A stretch of DNA of 64,000 nt from Octopus vulgaris. Taxonomy: Eukaryota. The stretch lies in NCBI GenBank assembly GCA_951406725.2, contig OX597821.1, positions 23,436,001 through 23,500,000 of the forward strand. Direction: 5' to 3'. The notes under the pieces are model-generated. The model did not search any database and was not told the origin of the DNA. It was given only the letters and a program-made list of their open reading frames with translations. Shown here in pieces: positions 39,971 to 53,507 of the stretch. How positions within the stretch are numbered: position 1 is the first letter of the stretch; each line of letters begins with the position of its first letter. Position numbers and translations under genes: made by a program.

Positions 39971-40630
39971 TTCTGCTACTTGGATATAGGTGTTATATTC
40001 GTCGTAAAAAACTTTCCTGTCACACACTCACGCACACGCACACACACACACACACACACGCACCCTCACACACACACACACGCGCACACCCACACACACC
40101 CACTCACACACACGCACGTTAGCTTACAATTTTATTTATATATTTGCGTGTCTATGTGTTGAAAGAGGAAGTGGGAGGCAGAGTGAAAGAATCACTCACT
40201 ACAGTAAGTCAATTACTTTCATTTTATTCGTTGCCCACTGTGTGTGTGCGTTTGCGTGTGGTGTAAACCAGACTAAGAAAAGCATTTGACACACACACCA
40301 GAATGTGAGTTTTCTGTAAATTTTGCTTAATTGGAGTTTAAATTTTAAAAACTGGACCTGGCATGACGCGATGCATTGTACTCTTAAAAATGCCAGGTAA
40401 ATTGTAATTGAAGAAATCCTATATTGTAGATTTCTATAACTCCCAAAGGGAGGCAGATAAAATCTACCTTTTATAATAAGAGATTCATATATATATATAT
40501 ATATATATATGCGTATGTGCGTGCGTGCGTGTGTATGTGTGCGGTAAATACATGCATACAAAAGCATACATATGTGTATGTATGCATGTAGTTATGTATG
40601 CATGTATGTATGCATGTATGTATGTATGTA

Positions 40631-40683
<53 letters not shown>

Positions 40684-41009
40684 TAATAGATATATATGTA
40701 TAGATATATAGATAGATACATGTATGTGTGTATATATATGTGTGTATATGTGTGTGTGCGTGTATATGTGTGTACATAAATACATACATACATATATACA
40801 TACGTACATACGTTCATACATAGTGGTTGAAGCCTAACAGTGTTACCAAAAAAGACATAAGTTTGGAACGGTTTCACAGACAAAGCTACAATCATTCTTG
40901 CGCATTTCCCGGCCATGTTTACGAATAACAAAATTCTTGATTATACCAAACTCAACAGCATTGAGACTTAAATCTTACATTAACAGCTTCAAAGAACGCT
41001 AGATTGCCT

Positions 41010-41390
41010 AAGATGTCTGCGGTTGAGAGGCGGTTGGATGGAACCTACACTCGCCTCTTTATGAGAGCTCAAAATCTCTCGTGGAAGCGCCATCCAACCA
41101 AAATGCAAATATATGGGAAACTACCACTTGTGTCATTTCTTGTGAAAGGTAGGAGAGTCCAGTTTGCTGGACATTGTTGTAGAGCTGAAAAAGAGGTAAT
41201 TTCTACTCTTCTCCTCTGGAAGCCATCTACTCGCAATACCAGAGGGCGCACACTCTCCTACCCTGATGTAATCTCCAGGGATACAGGCATCCAGCAACAG
41301 GACCTCCGTAATGCCATGATGGACCGTGAAGTCTGGCGTAGCATGGTAAGTTCCATTGTCTCGACCACGGTCGAACAATGATGATGAAGA
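41010..41390 (+). mobile_element. RTE-clade LINE 3' fragment
   Basis: RRVQFAGHCCR...LLLWKP...RGR...AMMDREVWR C-terminus followed by (TGA)n. Confidence 0.8.
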
Positions 41391-41530
41391 TATCTGCGTA
41401 GGTGGAATGGCAAGAAGGGACGCGTCCAGTTTTATACTCCGAGGTAGCAATACAAGAATTAACCAAAGTAATTATTCTAAGTCTTTAATATTGATATTAT
41501 GCAATAGAAGTTGATCTATAATAAAGCATT

Positions 41531-42017
41531 ACACTGTGTAACAAAAACTTTTTTTGGTGTTAGTGGTGGTGGGGGTGGGGCGCTTTGACCAGTAAGTGTT
41601 ATTTCCTATTTTCTTTTATCTAGAAATCAAAGGAAACTACTACTATTCCTTTCAAACCAAGCTTTTGTGACCTCGACAGCAATGTTTTGAAACTGACCTA
41701 TTTTCCATTATATTTCAGACAAAATCAGCGCTGAGTAGCCGAAGCAGAAATATCGTTGTAGCAAAAACTCTACTTGACCTCAGCAACTTGAGCATGTCCC
41801 ATAGCGGCTGACATTATGTGCTTCTCTGATCATGACCAGGAATAGCGGGGGGAACATTATAGCCATGTGTTGAGAGGCATTCTTTGGGGGTAACAAAGAA
41901 TGTAACAAAAGCAAAGATTTAAGGGAATATTAGCCACTTTTGAAACTTTCTAGGGGTAAGCTAAGCAAAGAGTAAATGCAGTTGCTATCCAAGGACAAGA
42001 ATCGTGTTACACAGTGT
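41531..42017. mobile_element. MITE with 12-bp TIR
   Basis: ACACTGTGTAAC and GTTACACAGTGT; the interior is homologous to 51280-51765. Confidence 0.65.
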
Positions 42018-42097
42018 TATCAGTACATCATACTTAAATTTTTGTGTAGTTCAAACGCCAGCAGCTGCGGTTTTCGTCCGGGATATTTCCTCAATAA

Positions 42098-42182
42098 ACG
42101 TAGTGTTAAAGGACACACTATACTTCAGCGATTTCGTTTCGTCAAGCTCTGAAGTAGGTTGTGTTCTTTAATGCAATTACGT
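42098..42182 (+). ncRNA. Pre-miRNA-like hairpin (candidate)
   Basis: TTAAAGGACACA-cta-TACTTCAG...CTGAAGTA-ggt-TGTGTTCTTTAA with an ACGTAG/TTACGT basal extension, in apparently unique sequence. Confidence 0.3.
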
Positions 42183-42567
42183 CAATAAAGGAATTTTTCC
42201 GGGCGAAAGCGCAGCTTCTGGAGTTTCAACCATACACACACGTTAAAGTATGTCGTAATTATAATGTTTTTAATATCGATGTTTTCTGGTGTCCCACTGA
42301 TGCAGCTGATTGTCGTCCCAGGGAGAGCAAATAACGCGTTGGATGCGATTACTTCAAAAGAGGAAGCTGATAGAAGGAAATGTCTAAGGAGGGAAGAAAA
42401 CTGATATCGAAGATTCATGAACGCTGAACGCAGCTGTACTCCAAATCTCATACCTTCAACTTTCTTTTAAGGGTTTCTACAATCATTTTAGAACACATAA
42501 ATGAATGAATTTAAAGGAATTAAATCACGACATTGAGAGATGGAAATGATTATGATGATGATGATAA

Positions 42568-42740
42568 GTGCAGGCATGGTTGTGCGGTTTAGAAGTTCGC
42601 TTCGCAACATGTAGTTTCGGGTTCATTCTTACTGCCCGAAACTTTGAGAAAGTGTCTTTTGCAATATACCCTGGCCAACCAATGCCCTGTGAATGAATTT
42701 AGCTGACGGAAACTATGAGAAAGCCTGTCGTGTATATATA
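42568..42740 (+). mobile_element. SINE family A, diverged 5' half
   Basis: The head and GACGGAAACT..GAAAGCCTGTCGT block end at the central microsatellite. Confidence 0.7.
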
Positions 42741-42754
42741 TAATAATAATAATA

Positions 42755-42823
<69 letters not shown>

Positions 42824-44364
42824 GTTAGACCCAGCGGAGAGCTACAAGTACCGAGGGGTAATTGAAGGGGACGGAATAAGGCATTTAGTGATGAAGGAAA
42901 GGATCAAGAGAGAATGTTATCGCAGAGAAAGAGCAATACTCAAGACAGAGCTGAATGCGAGAAACAGGATCGAAGCGATCAATGCTTTAGCCATACCAAT
43001 CATGACTTACAGTTTCAATATCGTTAACTGGTCAATTACTGAAATATGTAATCTTGACAGAAAAATACGAAAACTGTTGACAATGCATAGAATACACCAC
43101 CCTAAGGCAGATATAGAACGACTTTATCTGCCAAGAAAAGAGGGAGGCCATGGACTTTTACAACTGGCAATAACAATGAAGATTGTTACAATTGGCCTAG
43201 ACACCTACCTGAAAAACTCTGAGGACTGGATGTTAAAACTTGTCTCAAAACATGAAAACAAGAAAGCATCATGCTCAGTAAAAAAAACAGGCAAAGGAAT
43301 ATCTAAGTGAATTCCGAATACAACAAATTTCGGAATTAGACATACAAGAAACAAGCACAGAAAAAGCTAGGCGCATGAAAACCCGTGCTAAAACTGCTGC
43401 CTTAGATATTCTGAATGATAAATGTCAAGAAAAACCTCTCTATGGCAAATACCCAAAGAGAGCGAATAATGCAGATGTTGACAAAGCCCTGACCCATCAA
43501 TGGCTTATGGCCTCTGGCTTAAATCTGAAACAGAAGGGTTTATCATAGCAGCTCAAGATCAATGCCTACCAACAAGGAACTACCAGGCCAACATATTAAA
43601 GAACGGCAGTAGCCCAACATGTCGTGTATGTCAACAACAAAATGAAACCATTGATCATGTTGTCTCCAAGTGCAGTCTTCTAGCGCCTACAGAGTATCTC
43701 AACAGGCATGATAGAGCTGCTCAATATATTCACTGGGTAATCTGCAAAAACCTGGATTTGCCCCATGAAAAAAACTGGTGGGAACACAAACCACCTCCAG
43801 TGCTTGAAAATGACAACATCTCACTCCTCTGGAACTTCCCCATTCAAACTGAGAGAAAGATATATGCAAATAGGCCAGACATCATATTGAAAGACTTCAA
43901 ACAAAGAACATGCCTCCTCATTGATATGACTGTCCCAATCGATATAAATGTATCTGTCAAGACCTACCAAAAACTGAGCAAATATAAAGATCTTCAAATA
44001 GAAATCAGCAAAATGTGGAACCTGAAGACTAAAACAATACCTGTTGTCATAGGTGCCCTGGGAATGATAGCAAAAGGGGATGATTGCTACCTAACTCAGA
44101 TACCAGGAAACCCCAAAATGGCAGAAATTCAAAAGATAGTGCTCATGGGAACTGCTCATATCCTACGCAAAATACTTTCTATGTAATCTCAAGTTTTAAA
44201 ACAATCATAATTTTCGTTTTTTTTTTTTTAGACATTCACTAGTAAAACACTAAATATATGGCCCACTAGGCATAACAACAACACGAACTTCCAACCTGTT
44301 GTATCTTGAGGTCTCTAGGTGAGACTTGGAGCCAACTTGTACAAATATAAAGCAAAAGTCAAAC

Positions 44365-44367
<3 letters not shown>
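42824..44367 (+). mobile_element. 5'-truncated R4/Dong-clade LINE with restriction-like endonuclease, inserted in (TAA)n
   Basis: RLYLPRKEGGHGL, CRVC...ETIDHVVSKC (CCHC), RHD, RPDI...LIDMTVP...KLSKY. Frameshifted, with long (TAA)n tracts on both sides. Confidence 0.85.
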
Positions 44368-44433
<66 letters not shown>

Positions 44434-45134
44434 GTCTGCTACTTTGTCAATCGGGTCGTCTTTACTGAACAGTTAGGTTACGGGGGCGTAAACAAAACAA
44501 CACCAGCCGGTCGAGCGGTGAAATGAAGTGGAGACAAACACAAACGAAAAGATACGTGCACACACATATACACATACATTGGGAACTATCATTGGTTTTG
44601 ATTCCTTGAACCCCTTTTCTTGAACACCACACACACACACGCGCGCGCGCGCGCGCGCGCGCACTCACATACACAGATCCCACTACATGTCTAAATTCAA
44701 GAACTGAACTTTTTGGATCATGTTCACATACGACAAAATACTTGATACAATTTGAGGCCCCCAAGATCACGGATAGAACCTGCTTTTTTGTAATGTTCTC
44801 GTGCAAGCTTTCCATATGTCTTAACATTTTTGATTTTGTATATATTTTAAAATATTTTTTTCATTTTTCCTTTTTTAATTATGTGATTGTTTACGTGTCT
44901 GAGTATATGTGTATGTTCGCATATATTAAATATGTATTTGTGTGTATGTGTGTATATGTCTACGCGTGTATGTATGTATGTCTGTTGTTGTGCGTTGATA
45001 GGAGGGTGTATATGTATGTGTATATCTATACATATGTACATATATGTATATTCATATATGCGGTGAGTGTGAATACATGCCTGTACGAGTATGTATATAT
45101 GTATGTGTTTGTGTATCTGTCTGAGTATATTGTA

Positions 45135-46428
45135 TTAGGTTGGCAACTAAGTTCCCGCTGTTTTTTTAAATTAACATTTTTTAAAAGGTTTAATAAATAT
45201 ATAACAACTAATTGATGAATAATGTATTCACCCTTATTGCTTACAACTTCTTCCCAACGTTCAACAAGATTTTCAGTACCTCGTTGGTAGAAATCATTCG
45301 ATTTCAACTCGAAAAATTCATTCAATCAAGCTCTCAATTCTGCATCAGTATTGAACGAAACTCCGCGCATAGCATTTGAAAGAGATCGAAAGAGGTGGAA
45401 ATCCGTTGGTGCCAAATCAGAAGAGTACAGCGGGTGTGGCAGCACTTCCCAGCAATGCGTTTAAATGGCTTCCTTGGTCATATTGGTGATATGAGGACGG
45501 GCGTTGCGTGCCGCAGAAGAACTACATGCTTACGATTAGGTCTTTTCTCTTGAATAACCGTGTTGAGTCGCTCCATCTGTTGAACATAGAGTTCCGCGTT
45601 GACCGTTTGGTTCCGTTCAAGCGATTCGTAATGGATAATCCTTCCCAGTCCAACCATACACACAACATCGTTTTACACGGATGAAGCTCTTGCTTCACGC
45701 GCTGTGTCACTTGTTTACCGGGGCTAAACCATTCCTTACGCTGCTTCATATTGATTTACAAGCAACATTTTTCGTCGCCAGTAAAGATTCGGTAAAGAAA
45801 TCGTTGCTTGTGTACATGAATTGAGCGGTGACGAGCAAGCAATCCAGCGGAGATTGATTTTTGTTGTTGTCACTTAAAGCATGCGGAACCCATGCCCCTT
45901 ACTTCTGAACCTTTCCCATCGAGTGAAGATGCTTCTCTATAGCAGTGTGGGAGCATTCCATTTTCTCTCCCAGTTCCCTTGTAGTTTGACGAGACTTTTC
46001 GTGCAAAAGTTGGTTTAACCGCTCTTCATCGAACTCAACTGGACGGCCAAAACGAGGTGCGTCTTTGAGGTGAAAATTTCCATTTTTGAACTTGGCATAC
46101 CAATCACGAGCGGTTCTTTCAACTATAGCACCCCTCTCCATATAAAGCACAAATGTTGCGAGCAGCTTTTGCGGCCTCAGAACCTTGATTAAAAGCAAAA
46201 AGAAGGAGGTTCGAAAACGCTCGTTTTTCTTAACTTGACATTCCATTTTAATGATCTGAAAATAAACAAAAATTAACTAAAATTAACTAGAAAAAAAAAA
46301 CAAAACAAAACAAAATAAATTCCAAAAGGATTCCAAAATAGAATTCTCAAAAACAATAGATTCCAAAATCTAAATACGCAATAAATACCAAAATTTAAAA
46401 AACGGCGGGAACTTAGTTGCCAACTCAA
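45135..46428 (-). mobile_element. Near full-length mariner transposon with disabled transposase
   Basis: TIRs TTAGGTTGGCAACTAAGTTCCCGC and GCGGGAACTTAGTTGCCAACTCAA, TA TSDs, about 1.29 kb. Motifs WVPH, TGDEK and YSSDLAPTDFHLF across frameshifts. Confidence 0.9.
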
Positions 46429-46639
46429 TATATGGATAAATGTTTAATATATTTGTAAGCATACATCTATGTGTATATGAAGATGAAGTTGCGTACATAT
46501 ATACGTATGTGTGTGTGCATATTTATACATGTATGTGTATATATGTATGTATGTATATGCGTTTGTAAGTGTAGAGCTGTGTATATGAGCATGTAAATGC
46601 AAGTATATACTTTGTGTGTGTATGGGCATATATATATAC

Positions 46640-46766
<127 letters not shown>

Positions 46767-46862
46767 ATTCAAACATGAAAGCACAAAAAAAAACACAACA
46801 ACGTGAGGACGTGGAACAAATGTAGTATTATTGGACGTTCAGGAAAGAAGGAAAGAAGGAGG

Positions 46863-46897
46863 GTTTAACGTTTCGAGCGGAGCTCTTCGTCGGAAAC
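46863..46897 (-). ncRNA. Hammerhead-like motif, U4C core (element about 46762-46970)
   Basis: Minus: gttt-CCGACGA-A-GAGC-tcc-GCTC-GAAAC-GTT-aaac; the element lies within (TA)n. Confidence 0.55.
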
Positions 46898-46970
46898 ATA
46901 GGGTAAAGAAAGATAAAGAGAAGAGAAGACAGAGGAAAAAAATCGCCAACGGTACACACGCAGTCACATA

Positions 46971-47034
<64 letters not shown>

Positions 47035-47300
47035 GTTTGTGTGTGTACGTCTGTCAATTTTACGAACGCAGAAGGTTTTATATGTATTGTGAGAATATGG
47101 TTGCATGTATTTTTTATAATTTTATTTTTTACCTTTTATAATATTTCCTGCCTTTTAGAGTAACTCCCCTTTTATTCAACGGTTTTTTTTCATAGCGTCT
47201 ATTGTCAAAATAGCCGACGAAAATGCATCGTAGCTCTTAGCTCCGGCATTTGAAACTCTGAGTCCTATTATGACAACTTACTGAGTGTCCTATACTATAC

Positions 47301-47382
<82 letters not shown>

Positions 47383-47724
47383 ATAATGATAATAATAATA
47401 TAAATAATATAAATATGTACACATATATATATATATTAAATCCCCAAACAGAACAAACACAAAAAAACAACAACACGAGGACGTGGTATATGTAATGCAT
47501 TAGCAGACGCTCAAGAAAGGAAAGAATATATATATAAATATATATATGTATGCCTTATAATTAGGGTTCAGCAAAGATTTGCTTTACCACATATCGAAGT
47601 TTAGAAATAGCATCCAAAAAACCTTAGCTATTTCTTCTACTTTAAAAGAGACTCCCAGAAAAACCAAATTACTTGAAAACAATCCACGCAGGAAAAATAA
47701 CGAAAATCAATCTATATCTGGTCA

Positions 47725-47806
47725 CCCATGTACGCGTTTCGGAATTAGATCGGTATAAAGAATATAGAATTATACTTTACCCAACCATTTTCTTCATTAG
47801 CATGGG
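47725..47806 (-). ncRNA. Type-I hammerhead motif, G5A-damaged copy (element about 47555-47825)
   Basis: Minus: cccatg-CTAATGA-long stem II-GAA-ACGCGT-A-catggg; the flanking sequence is related to the 24398-24700 element. Confidence 0.55.
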
Positions 47807-47829
47807 ACTTCAACAATATTAAATATTAA

Positions 47830-48013
47830 CCCCTTACCCGGCAGAAACGAATATATGCGTTTTGACCGAAATCGTTTTTTTCTATCTCTGGCGAGTTAAC
47901 TCGTCAAAAGATAGACTCGCCAAAATCGACAGCAAACGAGTTCCTAAATAAAACAATTAAAAAATATGTCTGAAAAAATACATTTATTTTCAAAATAATT
48001 GTTGGGTAAGGGG
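47830..48013. mobile_element. piggyBac-type MITE
   Basis: TTAA|CCCCTTACCCGGCA ... TGTTGGGTAAGGGG|TTAA. Confidence 0.75.
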
Positions 48014-48219
48014 TTAAAAATATTAAATTCGCAGGCACTGGAAGAATTGAACATATCTCTCCACCTAACGGTATCAGACAGATCATATTCAGTGTTAGTA
48101 CCGCCGAATTAAAAATACGAATGAGGTTCTTCACCTTCCCCCGCCCATCCGCGTGTGTCGTCAAGTAAAATTCTACAGAAAAATCTGTAGTTCGTTATCA
48201 GGGAGAAAATTCTATTATC

Positions 48220-48544
48220 AATAATAACAAAGGGTAAAATTAATTAAATAAGAAGTAATCAATAATTTCACCAAGTAGAATTCGGCATGAAAAAGGACCA
48301 TTTCACGGAAAACTTAAGTAATACTTTATAATTAGGGTTCAGTAAAGATTTGCTTTACCACATAGCAAAATTTAAAAATAGCAGCCAAAAAACCTCACCT
48401 ATTTCTTTAGTATGTGGTAAAGCAAATCTTTGCTGAACCCTAATTATAAAGTATTACTTAAGTTTACCGTGAAATGGTCCTTTTTCATGCCAAATTCTAC
48501 TTGGTGAAATTATTGATTACTTCTTAATTAATTTTACCCTTTGT

Positions 48545-48550
<6 letters not shown>
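48220..48550. repeat. Long inverted repeat (about 145-bp arms) of a Penelope-like 3' end
   Basis: The arms are near-perfect reverse complements and include the TAATTAGGGTTCAG.AAAGATTTGCTTTACCACATA block shared with 47555. Confidence 0.85.
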
Positions 48551-48614
<64 letters not shown>

Positions 48615-49694
48615 ATATGGGTACTGGACGTCACAAACCGTAAACAAAATGAAATACGAAAACAAATCAGTTGATACGCAAACAACGGGAGAAACAGAAA
48701 AAAATACAGGGCAAGTAACATAAAAAAGACCCTTCATCAGTTGTCGGCTGTCCATCTACTCCTCATTTTGAGCATTGAACGACAGTATGAGTCTTCGAAG
48801 GCAGTTGCTTCAGCAAAAGAAAAATAAATTTGGGATTTGCGGAGGGTCAAAGTTGGTAACAAAAGCAAGACAGTGGAGACATACAAGGAAACCGAACGAA
48901 AAGAAACTTGGAGGGTCGTTAGACCAGGCGCAGTTAAAATAGCGACCGCTGGATAAGTATTTTCTTTGACAAGTGAAAAGATAGATGAGAGAGACAGATA
49001 GGATATGTGCAGTCTCTACAACAGCCCTGAAGGAAAGAAAGATGATCACGTGAAAAAACTAAAGATGGACGATGGTCACGTGTGAGCAACGAAAGAGAGA
49101 GAGAGAGAGAGAAAGGGAGAGAGTAAAAGAGAAAGATGTAGAGAGAGTAAAGAGAAAGAGGGAGAGAGAAAGAGAGTAAAGGAGAAAGAGGGAGAGAGAG
49201 AGAGTAAAGGAGAAGCAGGGAGAGAGAGAGACGTATATATGTTTGTGTGTGCGTGCGTGTATGTGTGCACGTGTGTGTATACACATGTATATGCATGCCT
49301 TTGCTTGTGCGTATGCGCATACGTTTGTGTGTATGTGTGTGTGTGTGTGTGTGGTGTTCAAGAAAAGGGATTCAAGGAATCAAAACCAAAAAAGGTTCCC
49401 AATGTATGTCTATATGTGTGTGCACGTATCTTTTCGTTTGTGTTTGTCCCCACTCCATTTCACCGCTCGACCGGCTGGTGTTGTTTTGTTTACGTCCCCA
49501 TAACCCTTCAAAGCGGTGCACCAGCATGGCTACAGTCCCAATGACTGAAAAAAAAAAGAATAAAAAAAGAATAATACCACTGCAAATATTCGTAAATTCT
49601 ATTCAATAAAGTGTTATAACGCTACAGAATGCGGCGAGTTTCCAGAAACGTTACTCTGTCGCACAAAATGCTTAGCAGCATTTATTCCGGTTAC

Positions 49695-50090
49695 TCTTTT
49701 ACGCTTTTATTTGTTTCAGTCATGTGACTGCGGCCATGCTAGAGCACCGCCTTTAATCGAGCAACTCGACCCCGGGACTTATTCTTTGTAAGCCCAGTAC
49801 TTATTCTATCGGTCTCTTTTGCCGAACCGCTAAGTGACGGGGACGTAAACACGGTTGTCAAGCAATGCTAGGGGGACAAACACAGACACACAAACATATA
49901 CACACACATATATATATACATATATACGACAGTCTTCTTTCAGATTCCGTCTACCAAATCCACTCACAAGGCTTTGGTTGGCCCGAGGCTATAGTAGAGG
50001 ACACTTGCCCAAGATGCCACGCATTGGGACTGAACCCGGAATCATGTGGCTGGTAAGCAAGCTACTTACCACACAGCTACTCCTGCGCCT
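49695..50090 (-). mobile_element. SINE family A
   Basis: Full-length copy. Confidence 0.9.
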
Positions 50091-50241
50091 ATATATATAT
50101 CTTTCTAAATTTGTAAACAAACCAAAAGGTTTTAAATTACGGAGAAGAACGACATTTATTTGTGAGTATACATTCAATCGTTTAGGTTTAGTCACTCTAA
50201 ATGGAACATATATTTTTATATAAATAACATATAATTATAGT

Positions 50242-50280
<39 letters not shown>

Positions 50281-50426
50281 CGTGTGTGTGGAAGAAATTA
50301 TGTTTACAAGTCAGCATTAATACGCATGCTTGTCCTGGTACATTAGAATTGTATACTCACACATAAGTGCAAATAAAATAAGCTAACTCATCAGATCATC
50401 AGAATATCAAGGTTACACCACTATTC

Positions 50427-50502
<76 letters not shown>

Positions 50503-50796
50503 ATTATTTGTAGAAGGTATTTTCCCAATGTGTCAAGCACTGAGGTTGAATCACGTACAAAGTGTTTGCTAAGTGAACCTTTAAATAACTCGGCTATTCT
50601 ACACCCTAAAATATAGATGTAAGACATCTTTAAGTTTTTGATCGCTGAATGACAAAAAAAAAAAAGTGACCTTTTGATCGTTAGGCCAAAGTTCAACACT
50701 GAATTTTCTTCAACGATAATAAGGTGATGGAGTTCGGTGTGGTGAAGGTTGACGGTCATCTTCAGCGATATTTCAAGACTTTATATATATATATGT

Positions 50797-50890
<94 letters not shown>

Positions 50891-51013
50891 TATACACACA
50901 TACATACATACATACATACATACATACATACATACATACATACATACATACATACATACATACATACATACATACATACACATACACACACACTCACGTA
51001 CACACACATACAG

Positions 51014-51058
<45 letters not shown>

Positions 51059-51279
51059 CGTGTACACACACACACACACACACACATACACACACACGTG
51101 TGTGTGTGTTACGACGAGCCGGTGATGATTGTGAGTTTACTGATCGTTGAGAATCTCTGTTATAATTAACCATTCTATTTTGGACGTCTCCTCCATCAAC
51201 TGCTTTACGCCACCCTTCTTTTCTTTCTTTTCTATTTTTATCATTTTTTTGTCTTTCTTTTGTATTTAAATGTTATAAT

Positions 51280-51765
51280 GCAATATAACAAAATTTCAAT
51301 ATTTTTTCAATCTTTGGTCAGTGTTTATTTCCTATTTGCTTCTATCTAGAAATCAAAGGTAACGACTCCTATTCCCTTCAAAATTTGCTTTTGTGACTTG
51401 GACATCAATGTTTTGAAACTAACCTATTTACCATTACATCTCAGACAGATTCAGCGCTGAATTGCTGGAACGGAAACATCGTTATAGCAAATATTTTGCC
51501 CAGTACCACAGATTTGCTCGTCAGTTGCTTGACCTTAACCATTTGAGCATGTCCCTTAGTGGTTGACAGTATGTGCATCTTTGATCATGAGCAGTAGTGG
51601 AGGAACATCATAGCCATATGTTGAAAGAGACTCTTTAGGGTTTGAATAAATGTAACAAAAGCAAAGTTTGAAAGAAATATTTAGCCATTTCTCATTCTTT
51701 CTAAGGGTAGGCAAATAGGAAATAACAGCTGCTATCTAAGGACAACAACTGTTATACGGTGTCAT
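51280..51765. mobile_element. Second copy of the 41531-42017 MITE family
   Basis: Shared blocks TCTAGAAATCAAAGG, TTGAGCATGTCCC, TAGCCA.TGTTGA and GCTATC.AAGGACAA. Confidence 0.6.
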
Positions 51766-51829
51766 TTAAAATGTGATTTGTTGTATGACTGTAGAAATGA
51801 AGCTTATTTATCTCCATAGTTCTTTAAAC

Positions 51830-52212
51830 GTGGAGGCGCAATGGCCCAGTGGTTAGGGCAGCGGACTCGCGGTCGTAGGATCGCGGTTTCGATTCCCAGA
51901 CCGGACGTTGTGAGTGTTTATTGAGCGAAAACACCTAAGAGCTCCACGAGGCTCCGGCAGGGATGGTGGTGATCCCTGCTGTACTCTTTCACCACAACTT
52001 TCTCTCACTCTTACTTCCTGTTTCTGTTGTACCTGTATTTCAAAAGGGCCGGCCTTGTCACTCTGTGTCACGTTGAATATCCCCGAGAACTACGTTAAGG
52101 GTACACGTGTCTGTGGAGTGCTCAGCCACTTACACATTAATTTCACGAGCAGGCTGTTCCGTTGATCGGATCAACCGGAACCATCGTCGTCGTAACCGAC
52201 GGAGTGCTTCCC
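51830..52212 (+). mobile_element. tRNA-derived SINE family C, full length
   Basis: A-box TGGCCCAGTGG, B-box GGTTTCGATTCCC, and a 12-bp TSD AGTTCTTTAAAC (51818-51829 and 52213-52224). Confidence 0.9.
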
Positions 52213-52502
52213 AGTTCTTTAAACAGAAAACGAATGAACCACTAGTTAAGGACTTGATATTATAATGCATTGAGACACTCATATCCTCATGCACACATAC
52301 ACACACACATACACACACACATGTGCACAGTTGTTTTTTATAGACTGGAGGGTCACTTTCTAAGTTGAAGTAGAGTGGTAGAGTAACAAATTCGTTGTAT
52401 AAGTAAAAAACGGTAGTGTGGGACTTTGAAGTTTCGCCGTCAAGTTGTCTGATGGAACCACTATTGACGAAATTTGGAGTCCGTGTCATTGTATTTATTG
52501 CG

Positions 52503-52545
<43 letters not shown>

Positions 52546-52569
52546 CGTTCGTGTATGTGTGTGTACGTG

Positions 52570-52940
52570 TACAGGTAGAAAGCTGTATATGAGGATGTAC
52601 TTGATAATTTAATAAAACAACTTCAATGTAGCGAAAAAAAACCAAAACGTATTTTAATAAAACTTTATGCATTTCTTTTTGATAAAATTTGATAAGAATC
52701 TGCCTTCAACTTCGATGACGGGTTTGATACGGGACCGGAGTCATTGACATGGCTGCAGTAATTGGTAACCTTCAGAGAAGCTATAGGAATGTGAGGCAGT
52801 CGATTAGTTCCAAACGTAGTAGTCCATGCGATTTAAATTTCGATAGCAAGGAGGCCACAAATGTGGTGTTACATGATCATAATGGGATACCTCTCTAATA
52901 AGCCTATGGCTTGGGAGGGGCCATTGATCCTTAATTGATA
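52570..52940 (-). pseudogene. Tc1/mariner-superfamily transposase C-terminal remnant
   Basis: LWPPCYRNLNRMDYYVWN corresponds to WPPxSPDLNPxDYxVW. Confidence 0.6.
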
Positions 52941-53271
52941 TGCATGTCGGGGTGTGTGTGTGTGTTGCTGAAGAAGAAAACAAAACTAGCATGGTTGCAG
53001 TTGTTTTTTTACATTGTCAAAATCTTGAAATCTGTGGCATGGTGGTGGTATTGGAGGTGATGGTGGTGGTGATGGCGGTGGTGGTGATGGTGGTGGTGGT
53101 GGAGGGGTCGGTGGAATCTGGTGGACAGGGGGATATCAAGCTGAAGTAGACATGTCAGGTGACAAATGAAGAATAAGCAAGGGTTGACCTGCCGAATGTT
53201 GACAGAAAGGTCAAAGTTTACCAGCTTGAAGGTCATTTTTTTTCAACGTTGTAGTTATTGTTCGTATCTAA

Positions 53272-53376
<105 letters not shown>

Positions 53377-53507
53377 CGTGTAAGTATATAACATTTTCCT
53401 GCGCATAAGCGCACATATAAACTGCATGTCAGTGTATACATTTGTATGTATATGGCAGTGGGTATCTGTGTGTGCGCGCGCGTGTATATATATATATATA
53501 TATATAT

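Noticed and set aside
40195-40486. Possible Helitron (minus 5' end ATCTCTTATTATAAAAG)
   Set aside because: No 3' hairpin/CTAG end and no second copy in the window, so it was not called.
42145-42170. let-7-like sequence AGTAGGTTGTG
   Set aside because: It lacks the let-7 seed and lies on the 3' arm; the similarity is probably coincidental.
50740-50780. CTGAAGATGACC on the minus strand
   Set aside because: Only half a hammerhead motif; no GAAAC partner.
51830-51905. Possible tRNA gene
   Set aside because: A and B boxes are present but the cloverleaf is incomplete; it is the head of a TSD-flanked SINE.
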